The notes beneath the pieces were generated by a model that made no database searches, was not told the origin of the DNA, and worked only from the letters and a program-made list of their open reading frames with translations. Of a stretch of DNA of 52,941 nt, positions 6,511 through 15,395 are shown one piece after another. The DNA comes from Chthoniobacteraceae bacterium (GTDB taxonomy: Bacteria; Verrucomicrobiota; Verrucomicrobiia; Chthoniobacterales; Chthoniobacteraceae): positions 1 through 52,941 of the forward strand of contig JANNXQ010000179.1 of the NCBI GenBank assembly GCA_031409655.1, written 5' to 3'. Numbering within the stretch: the first letter of the stretch is position 1; every line of letters begins with the position of its first letter. Position numbers and translations under genes: made by a program.

Positions 6511-9500
6511 GGTTGGCGCTCGCTCGCTTTGCGCAGCGTGGGCTGGGTGCGCTGCTGCCACGCTTTGACGTCGGCTCGCAGGACTTCGATGGCCTTCTGC
6601 AATTGCCGGTCCACGCCGCGCGCCATCTCGCCAGGTTGCGGCCAGATGATGTGGTCGGGTTGCGCACCGTTGAGTTCCATGTCCTAGCCATCGGCCGCGG
6701 AATACCATCCCCGGAACGGCAACCGGAGCGTCCCCACATCCATGATGCTCGTGGAGCCCGTGCTGATGACGCCGCCCGCGCTCGGCACGCCGATCAGGGG
6801 GCCGCGTTTCAGCGTCTTGATCGCGTGGCTGAAAATCTCGGCGTTGCTGAAGCTGTTCTGATTGCAGAGCACGGCGATCGGCTTCGTCCAGACGGCATAC
6901 ACGATGCGATCCTGCGGATAACCCGGAGTCCCGCCGCGCGGCACGGTGATGGCGTGCTGCGGCTGGGCGAGCGCGGTGAGCAGGTGATCGGTGGTCGAGC
7001 CGCCGCCATTTTCGCGCACGTCGATGATGAGCCCATCGCGGCCCGCGCCCGCGGCGTAGAGTTCCTCCTGAAAACGCTGGAAGCTGGCGTCGTCCATCTT
7101 GCTGATGTGCAGGTAGCCGAGCGTGCCGCCGGAGGTTTTCTCCACGGTGCTGCGGGTGTCCTTGATCCATTGTTCGTAGAGCAAAGTGCGCGCGGTGCTG
7201 TAGCTGATGGGGCGCAAGGTGACGTCGCGCTCGAGGCCAGCGACGGAGAGGACGCGCAGGAAAATATCCCGCTCGAGCGGGCCGTTGAGCACCTCGCTCG
7301 GATCGCGGGTCGGGCTCAGTTCGCGGCCGTCGATGCGGAGGAGGATTTCCCCCGGCTCGAGGCGGCTGGCGGTGTGACTTGCCGGACCTTTCTGCAGGAC
7401 GTCGCGCACTTTCCAACCCGGCCCGGCAAACGCCGGATCGAAGCGCAGGCCGAGGTGCGCGGTTTCCTCCCGCCAGGTATTCGCGGGGACCGACGAGCCG
7501 GCGATCGTGAAGCCGAGGTGCGAGCCGTTCAGTTCGCCGAGCATCAACTGGACGACATCGACCACGCCGCGCATCTCCGGCGCGGTCGCGGCGGCGTCCA
7601 CATACTTCGCGCGCATGGCATCCCAATCGCGATTGCCGAGGCGCTCGTCGTAGTAGCGGTCGCGCATCGTCTGCCAGCATTGATCGAAGACCGCACGCTG
7701 CTTGCCCGCCCGCACGCTGCGCTGCTGCGCCTTGAAGCTGAAAGTATTCACCGAACCGGTGGTCGTTTTGGGGGCGACAGGCTCGGGGTCCGCTTCGTCA
7801 GGAGGAGCGCCCGGCTTATCGGCGGGAGGAGCCGACGGCACGGCACCACCAGCCGCCTTCGCGGAAATGGACGCCGGCTTTCCATCCAGGAGACAGACGA
7901 TCTGATCGTCCTGCTTCAGCCAGCGCAGACCTGAGCCTGCGACTGGGGCGATGAGCTTCGGCTTCAGTCCATCCGGAAACTCGACGGAGTAAGTCCCGCG
8001 CCGACCTTCGATGGTCGCCGTGAAGGCGAGCTTCTTCGAGTCCGGCGACCACACGAGTTGGCTCTCGGCGGTATTCGGGATGGTGATGCGATGGATGCGC
8101 TCGTGGATGTTTTCAAACTCCGGCGGGAGGATCGGCGGTTTCACTGGCTCCTTCGGCGCACTGGGCTTCGCCGGAGTTCCCGGGGCACTGGTGGTCCGCC
8201 GAATGGGAGTCACCGCCTTCGCGATTTTCTCCCGCGCCTTCGTGAGGGTGCGCGCCCGCTTCGTCCGCTCTTCGTCTTCCGCCCGCAGCCAGACGTAGAA
8301 AATATCGACCTCCTCGTTCTCCCGCTTGCCAGTCCACGCGATGAGCCTGCCATCCGGCGACCACACTGGATCGGTGTCGTTGTCGGGATGGCGCGAAAGA
8401 TTGAAGGGCGGTCGCGAGCCATCCACTGGAGCCACCCAGACGTCGCCATTGAACCACTCGTCGCTGCGCGAATAAACGAGCCACGAACCATCTGGCGAGA
8501 AGTCGAACTCCGGTGCATTCCACGATTCGAGGAGCCGCCGCGCATTCTGCCCATCGGCATCCGCGAGCCAGAGGTCACCGCGCGTTTTCAGCCAGGCGAG
8601 GTGCTGGCAATCCGGGCTGAAACGCACGCGCGACTCGGCCTCCGCATCATGCGTGAGCCGGACGAGGGTGAAGGCCGTATTCTCCCACCAGTACTTCGCC
8701 GGCACCGCAGGCACCGCTTTCCACACCTCGGTCTGCCCACCCGCATCGCTCACGAAGCACAGCGACTTCCCATCCGGCGCAAAGACCAGCCCGCGCTCCT
8801 CTTCGGCGGTCTGCGTGACCTGCCGAGGTTCGCGCAAGATGGTATCCATCACCCACACATCGCCGCCCGCCAGGAAGGCCACCTGCAAGCCATCCGCAGT
8901 GAAAGCTACATCCGTCGCGCGTTCGAGCACGAGGCGATCGACAGCGGAATCCACCACATCCCCCACCCGCTCGATCGCGATCTTCTCCGGCGCCGCCGCG
9001 CCCGCCGGATGCCAGCGATAGAAGTCGAAGAGATGGCGAAAGACCAGCGTTCCGCCATCGCGCGCGATCGCCGGAAAAACCACCGAGTCCGTCTCAAACT
9101 TCGTGCGCTGCGTGTTCTTGCCGCTCGCGAGATCGTGCTCCCAGAGATTGTAAGCCCCGCTCCGATTCGCCACGTAGTAAAAGCCCTTCCCATCCGGCCT
9201 CCACAGCGGCCACCGACACTCCGTCGCCTCACCTTTGATCTGCGTCGTGGTCTGCGCGTCGCGATCGAATAACCAGATCTGCCCCGCGCGTGATCCGCGA
9301 TAACCCTGCCGCCACCACGATTCGCCCTCGCGCACAAAGAGCACCCGACGGCCATCCGGCGAGACCGCGCCATCTTCCGCATAGTCGTCAAAGAGCACCT
9401 GCTCCGCCTTCCGCTCATCCACCTCGAGCACCGCCAGCCGCGCCGAACGCGCTTCGCGCATCCACGAAAGATCGCGCGCCACACTCACCAGCAGACCCCG

Positions 9501-9872
9501 GCCATCCGGCATCCACTCCTCGATTTGGTACCCTTCCGTGTGCCAGGTCACTTGCCGCGGCTCCCCGCCCTCTGCCGCCATCACATAAGCCTGCCGGCTC
9601 CGCTCCCGCGTGCTCATAAAGGCGAGCTGCTTGCCATCCGGCGAAAAGGCCGGCTCCGAATCGAGACCGGGATGCAGCGTGAGACGCCGCGCCGCGCCGC
9701 CCGCCACGGGCACACTCCAGAGATCGCCCCGCCACGCAAAGGCGAGCGTCTTTCCATCGGGCGAAAGCGCGGGATCCTGAGCAAGACGCATGGCTTCGCC
9801 GAAAGCCGGGAGCGCTGGCAGAGACATGGCGACCAGTAAGATCAGGAATTTTCGGGAGAAGGCAGTGCGCAT
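6507..9872 (-). CDS. Tricorn-like S41 peptidase (PD40/TolB propellers, PDZ, S41 domain) interrupted by an in-frame TAG at 6684-6686; possible pseudogene
   Basis: Repeated SPDG motifs, ELNGSHLG, IIDVRENGGG, catalytic SFSNAEIF. After TAG the frame continues DMELNGAQPD...DRQLQKAIEVL to TAG 6507-6509. Confidence 0.85.
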
Positions 9873-9965
9873 AGATTTGGGAGGAGGTAGCGCCCACGGT
9901 AAGGCGCAGCCGAAAGAATGCGCAACCTCCGCCTCCCTGCGTCGTATCCCCAAAGGCGGGATGTA

Positions 9966-10103
9966 TTTTGAAAACGCAGAGACGCGGAGACGCAAAGGAT
10001 GCAGAGGAAAAGAAGGCGGGCATTTCACCGTTCACCGTGCGGTTGAAAATTGCTGGATAGCTCTCTGCGCCCTCTGCGTGTCCGCGTCTCTGCATTTTCA
10101 AAA
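9966..10103. repeat. Intergenic palindrome with 8/9-mer periodic arms
   Basis: TTTTGAAAACGCAGAGACGCGGAGACGCAAAGGATGCAGAG (9966-10006) vs CTCTGCGCCCTCTGCGTGTCCGCGTCTCTGCATTTTCAAAA (10063-10103). Confidence 0.8.
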
Positions 10104-10186
10104 ACTCGACCATCGACTTTCGTCGCATCGTTCTGGCGGAGCCCGGAGCGTGACCAACCCCCTGAACCGCACTCCCGCGCCCGCCG

Positions 10187-12634
10187 CTACAGAATCACCA
10201 GGCGATAATCGCCCGCCGCATCGAGGGAGGCGGGATCTTCGAGCTTCGAGAGCTTCGCTCCGCCCACCCGGTTGTAGCTCTTGATCACATCGGCCACGAA
10301 TCCGAACGGCACGACTCCATTCGTCGGATCGACTTTCTGCACGCTGATCGTGCCAAACTCCTGCGCGGCTACTTGCGAGCCCGCGAAAAGGTCGCCGGTG
10401 AATCCCGTGATCCCCTTGATGGCGAACTTCGAGATCGTGCGGTCGGCGAAGAAATCCGCGAGCCCCGCAGGCCGCGCCAGCGTGCCCGCAAAAACACCGC
10501 TCTCATTCATCCCGCCAATCGTCACCGTGCCGATGTCGCCCGCCGTCGTGATCGTCGCGCCATTCAGCAAACCCGCAATGGTGATACTTCCCACCGATGT
10601 GCTGGCGGCGACATTCACGCTCGCTTGCAAGTCGCCACGCGGACCGCCCTTTGCCCCGGCAATCGTCAGCTTATCGAGAGCCAGCAAACTGAGCGCTTCC
10701 TCCGCGCCGGTCGTCTCGAGCCACTCCACCGCCGTCAGCGATCCGATGGGCATCGAGGACTCGAGGGCGTAGTCATGCACACGACCGAGCGTGATCGCGG
10801 CCTTCGTCGTATTCGTTGGCAGCAAGGCGCCAATCGCGAGTGCTCCCGGGCCATTCAGGTCGCCGATCTTCAAGGTCTGGACGCCGCCGCTGAAGGCTCC
10901 GAATCCGCTAAGCTTGGCCGCACCGAGATCCACACTTCCGATGACACTGGCGAAGGAGACATCATCAAACTCCGCAGCACTCCCGCCTTTCCCCACACTC
11001 GCGAGGAGTTTGGATTTCACATCCGTGCTCTCGACCAGGAGATCGATCTTACCGTCGCCGTCGATCGTCAACTGACCCACTCCCAATCCCTTCATCGTGA
11101 GCGTCACAATGGGATCGACGGTCGTTGGGTTGCCATCGTCCTGCACATATTTCAGCGCCACGCCGGTGCGCCCGGCGAAGCTTCCAAAGGCATTGAAAAG
11201 TTGGTGCCGCCCACTCAGCCGCGCGGTGTCGTCGTCAGTGAAGTCGTTGAGCTGATCGACCGTTGAGAGTGGCGTGACTTTCGCGAGGATGCGATAGGTG
11301 TCGCCCGGGGTTTGGGTCAGGTCGGTCGGGATCGCGAGCTTCTGTGGGATCGTCACGCTCTTCCCCGGAGCGAGTGAAATCGCCCGACTGGCCAGCGTCG
11401 CGAGGAGCACGTCGCCCTCGCTGACCACGGTGCCTTCCGGCTCAGAGCTCTCAGGTCCGAGGACCTTCGAGAGGAAATATTCGATCTTCACCGAAGTCTT
11501 GAGGTTTGCCGAACCCGAGTTGGTGATGCTCACGCCGACCGTGCTGGAGTCGCCCGGGACGATCACGGAAGCGAATGAATCGGTGCCGTAGCTCGCGAGG
11601 AGATTCGGCGCGAGCCGCACCGTGAAAGTGTCCGTAGTCGGTTCGCCCGCCGCGTTCCGCCCAGTCACGATGACATCCGCGAGACCGGCGTTGCCGGAAA
11701 ATTTGAGGTCCAGCGTGGAGCCTTTGACGCTGGCTTTCAACAGGCTCGATGGCGTGCCGGGCGCGTTATGTTCCGTCACTTGCGCGGAGTAAGTAAAGCC
11801 GGTGGCGGAACCACTCACGATCTGCGCGTCGAGGATGCGGATGTAGTTATCCGCGGTGACGGCAGGCGGCGGCGTGCTGGCGTTGTTATCAGGATTGGCG
11901 TTGTAATTCTGGAGGGGCAGATCGGAGAAACTCCCGGAATTGAAGGTCGTGAGGTCCGAGATCCGATCAATGACCGCGAGGCCCTCGGGAGTCACGGCCC
12001 CGAAGACGGCGAAGCCGCCATTATTGCCACCACCGAGGATCGAGGTGTTGTCATGGACATTGAAGAACCACTCACTGGACGCCGAGTTCGGATCGCCGCC
12101 GATCTTGGCCATGGCCAGCGTCCCGCGAACGTTGGGCAGCGAGGCGCTGAATTCGTTGTGGACGGTGGGTCCAGTTGGGATGTGCTCGGACACTTTCGGA
12201 AACGCAAAGCCGCCGCCCTGGATGATGTCGTTGTCTTCGACCGTTGCACCTTGGAAATCGAAAGACCGATGGAAGAAGGTGTTGTCGTATCCGCCCTTGG
12301 CCCCGGCCTTCACGTATTCGAGGAAGTTTTGCACCGAGAGTGGTGCGAGGTCGTCGTAGAGTTCGATCTCGATCACGCCGCCCTGGATGCCGGCGGTCCC
12401 CGCGTCCATGTCCACATTCGTGATGAACTTCACGTAAGTCCGGGAAGTGCCGGTGACGGTGGCGTCGAACATTTTCGAAAGGTCGATCGACGCGGTCGAT
12501 TTCCCGGCGCCGCCGACGATGTCCGGCAGCGGATTGAGCAACACGGCGGCGGCCGGAGCGATCCGCGCCTCCAGAGTTTCGATGGACGAGCTGGCGCGCG
12601 GTTTGGGGCGGTCGGAGAGGAGGCGTGGGGTCAT
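10187..12634 (-). CDS. Large surface protein: LEPR-XLL-like leader, cyclophilin PPIase domain, Ig/CARDB-like region, beta-rich C-terminus
   Basis: IETLEARIAPA leader. APLSVQNFLEY, FFHRS, IIQGGGF, RGTLAMAK, SSEWFFN, FAVFGAV are cyclophilin motifs. Confidence 0.8.
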   Translation of the reverse strand: MTPRLLSDRPKPRASSSIETLEARIAPAAAVLLNPLPDIVGGAGKSTASIDLSKMFDATVTGTSRTYVKFITNVDMDAGTAGIQGGVIEIELYDDLAPLSVQNFLEYVKAGAKGGYDNTFFHRSFDFQGATVEDNDIIQGGGFAFPKVSEHIPTGPTVHNEFSASLPNVRGTLAMAKIGGDPNSASSEWFFNVHDNTSILGGGNNGGFAVFGAVTPEGLAVIDRISDLTTFNSGSFSDLPLQNYNANPDNNASTPPPAVTADNYIRILDAQIVSGSATGFTYSAQVTEHNAPGTPSSLLKASVKGSTLDLKFSGNAGLADVIVTGRNAAGEPTTDTFTVRLAPNLLASYGTDSFASVIVPGDSSTVGVSITNSGSANLKTSVKIEYFLSKVLGPESSEPEGTVVSEGDVLLATLASRAISLAPGKSVTIPQKLAIPTDLTQTPGDTYRILAKVTPLSTVDQLNDFTDDDTARLSGRHQLFNAFGSFAGRTGVALKYVQDDGNPTTVDPIVTLTMKGLGVGQLTIDGDGKIDLLVESTDVKSKLLASVGKGGSAAEFDDVSFASVIGSVDLGAAKLSGFGAFSGGVQTLKIGDLNGPGALAIGALLPTNTTKAAITLGRVHDYALESSMPIGSLTAVEWLETTGAEEALSLLALDKLTIAGAKGGPRGDLQASVNVAASTSVGSITIAGLLNGATITTAGDIGTVTIGGMNESGVFAGTLARPAGLADFFADRTISKFAIKGITGFTGDLFAGSQVAAQEFGTISVQKVDPTNGVVPFGFVADVIKSYNRVGGAKLSKLEDPASLDAAGDYRLVIL

Positions 12635-12659
12635 TGCGAGGAAGTTGGTCGGGACGCTA

Positions 12660-15383
12660 CTACGCGGGAATCACGCGGATCGAGACATCGTTATTCACGA
12701 GGTCGAGGGCCTCGGGGCGCGCGGTCTTGAGCACTCCGGCGACTTTGAACGAACCGACATCCTGAGCCACGAAGCCGAAGTGATCGCCGGCCAGGGCCGT
12801 GCCCGTGACGGTGCCGCCGATCTGCACACTCGCGATCTTTGAGAGGATCGTCGCGCTGTCCGCACCGGGTGCCTTCGCGTCGAGCGGATTCCCGAAGCCC
12901 GCGTCGGCCCCGGCGATGACTCCGGCGACGAGGTTCGAGGCGGTCCAATTCGCCAGGACTTTCACCGCGCCGATCTGCGCGTCCGGATTCACGGCGTTGC
13001 CATTGACATCGTAGCCCGCGAGGAAGTCCGAGCCAGTCACGCTGCCTTGCACGTCGATCCGCCCGATGGCCAGATCCACGCTGCGACCCTGCACCGCCTG
13101 ACCGCGCGCCGTGACCGTCACATCCTCGGCATCACCGCCGAAACTGAGCGACCCGAACGCAGCACCGACCTGCACGTTCGCTCCGCTGACCGCGCCATTG
13201 ATCGCGAGACTCGTGAGGTTATTACCAATGACAATGCTTGCCGACCCTACACCCGGAGTGCCGTGCGCCTGGAAGGTATTCAGCACCTTGATCGCGCCGC
13301 TCTTGCCGACCTGCAATCCGCCCTTCCCGGTGTGCAGACTTCCGCTGTCCGCGCCCGTCCCGCCATTCCACGAACCGACGGTGAGGCTCTTCAGATCGCC
13401 ATCCGCGCGCAAGCCGCCTGAATTTTCGCCGGCCCCACCGCGGAGTTGCCCGGTGATCGTCACGGCGCCAATGCTCCCGGCAAATTCGCCGCTGATCTCC
13501 GTGCGATCATAGCTCAAAAGCGTCCCGCTCGAAGCCCCGCCACCTCCTGCGAGACTACCCGTGATTTTCACCGTCCCCATCGCGCCGTAACTGGTGATGG
13601 ACCCACTGAAGTCGCCAATCCCACCTTCCAGCACATCCAACGCCGCCGTCGCCGTTCCGCCCAGGGTGACGCTCGCCAGCTTGCCATTGGAAATGATCGC
13701 GCCGGAACCAAAGCCGACTCCGCCCTCGACGCGCCCGAGGACCTTGACCACTCCCATATCACCGACCCGATCAGGATTAAAACCGCTCACAATCGTGGCG
13801 CTGCCCGCTCCATCGCCGCCGCTGACGTTTCCAGAAATGGTCACGCTCGCGAGCTTCCCATGGGCCACGATGGACGCCGACGAGACGCCGGTCCCGCCCG
13901 TCACATCGCCAAGAATTTTCAGCGTGCCGGCGTCGCCGATCACTTCGACGAAGCCCGACTGTCCCCCGCTGCCGCCGAGCAAGGAGCCGCTGAGCGTCAG
14001 GCTGGTGAGTTTACCCACCACGAGGCCACCGGAGCGGAGACCCGCACTGGCGATCGTGCCGTTGAGGTCATTTGCGGTGAGGGAACTGATGATCTGCGCG
14101 CTAATTTGGCCGCTGTTCGCGCCTGTTCCCGCGAGGATGTCATCGGCAATACTAACACTCGTGATGTTCCCTCCCGACTGGAGGCGCCCGGAACCTTCGC
14201 CGCTGCCACCCTCGAGGTCCCCGCCGATCTTCACCGCACCGACGTTCCCGCTCGCCAAGACTGACCCGCTCGAGAGACCTGAGTCACCGTCGAGACTCCC
14301 ACTGACTGTGAGACTCGTGAGCGCCCCGGCGGCCACGATCTGTCCAGAATTCGCCCCCGCTCCACCGATGATCCCATTGGTGAGATTCGTCCCGACTTTG
14401 ACCGCTCCCATGCTCCCCCGAGCGTCCACGCGACCGCTGAATTCCCCGGCGCCGCCGACGATGCTGCCGGTGACAGTCAGGCTGCCGATCTTTCCCGCCG
14501 CATTGACCTGACCGGAGCCGCTGCCGCCGCCGCCGAAGATGCCATCCGTGGCATCCGTGCCGATCTTCACGGTCCCGATGTCTCCGGAACTGTCGATCAA
14601 CCCGGTATTATTACTCGCAGCCTCGACCGCGGTGCGGCCAAACAAAGAGCCACCAATGGTAATACTCCCGATCTTTCCGACCGACCCTTTCGCCCCAGTG
14701 ACCGCACTCAAACGCGCATCTTGCACATCGCCAAAGATCTTCAACGAACCGAGCGCACCGGTGATGGTGCTCACGAGACTCGCACCAGCGGGCACCTGCG
14801 TGGCGATGCCGCTGACGCCGAGGGATTGCAACGTCAGCGAAGCAAGCCCGGTGGCCGTGCCCGAACGACCAGCATCAATCTGCCCGAGGTCGCCATCGAT
14901 CGCGACCGCCCCGAGAGCGAGGTTATCACCCTTGATGGCACCGACATCGGCAAAGCCATTGCCAGTTGCTCCGGACACGGCAGTAACGGAAAAGGAAAGC
15001 CCCGTCCCGAGCGCGGTCGCGAGTTGGGTAAGATCGATAAGTTGAAGCTGCTGGGTGGATAGGTCCGTGTCCGTCACTCCGGCGAGGCCGGTGAAACGGA
15101 GCACTTGATTCGCCTTGGCGAGTTGCAGCGATCGTGTCGGACCGTCGAAGACATTCTTCGAAAATTTCACCGTCACGGTATCCCCATCGGCATCCTGATA
15201 CTGGACAGTATTTAAGCTGATCAGGCTGGCCGGCGCGATGCGACCTTCCAGACCTTCGATGGACGATCCGACCGGACGGCGCCCGGCTGGGCGCTCAGGC
15301 TCAACCCGGACGACCGTCGGCGGCGTGGGTTCTTTACGGAGCTTCCCGAGTAGGGTTTTCAAAAGGGATTTGCGGCGTTTCAT
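12660..15383 (-). CDS. Large Gly-rich repeat (probable beta-solenoid) surface protein with LEPR-XLL-like leader
   Basis: IEGLEGRIAPA leader. Tandem ~26-aa units such as GKIGSLTVTGSIVGGAGEFSGRVDAR. Confidence 0.75.
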   Translation of the reverse strand: MKRRKSLLKTLLGKLRKEPTPPTVVRVEPERPAGRRPVGSSIEGLEGRIAPASLISLNTVQYQDADGDTVTVKFSKNVFDGPTRSLQLAKANQVLRFTGLAGVTDTDLSTQQLQLIDLTQLATALGTGLSFSVTAVSGATGNGFADVGAIKGDNLALGAVAIDGDLGQIDAGRSGTATGLASLTLQSLGVSGIATQVPAGASLVSTITGALGSLKIFGDVQDARLSAVTGAKGSVGKIGSITIGGSLFGRTAVEAASNNTGLIDSSGDIGTVKIGTDATDGIFGGGGSGSGQVNAAGKIGSLTVTGSIVGGAGEFSGRVDARGSMGAVKVGTNLTNGIIGGAGANSGQIVAAGALTSLTVSGSLDGDSGLSSGSVLASGNVGAVKIGGDLEGGSGEGSGRLQSGGNITSVSIADDILAGTGANSGQISAQIISSLTANDLNGTIASAGLRSGGLVVGKLTSLTLSGSLLGGSGGQSGFVEVIGDAGTLKILGDVTGGTGVSSASIVAHGKLASVTISGNVSGGDGAGSATIVSGFNPDRVGDMGVVKVLGRVEGGVGFGSGAIISNGKLASVTLGGTATAALDVLEGGIGDFSGSITSYGAMGTVKITGSLAGGGGASSGTLLSYDRTEISGEFAGSIGAVTITGQLRGGAGENSGGLRADGDLKSLTVGSWNGGTGADSGSLHTGKGGLQVGKSGAIKVLNTFQAHGTPGVGSASIVIGNNLTSLAINGAVSGANVQVGAAFGSLSFGGDAEDVTVTARGQAVQGRSVDLAIGRIDVQGSVTGSDFLAGYDVNGNAVNPDAQIGAVKVLANWTASNLVAGVIAGADAGFGNPLDAKAPGADSATILSKIASVQIGGTVTGTALAGDHFGFVAQDVGSFKVAGVLKTARPEALDLVNNDVSIRVIPA

Positions 15384-15395
15384 GCTCGGAAAGGG

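Noticed and set aside
6684..6686. Pyrrolysine or genome-wide amber recoding
   Set aside because: TAG terminates several intact genes in the window and no pyl genes are visible; one case is better explained by mutation or error.
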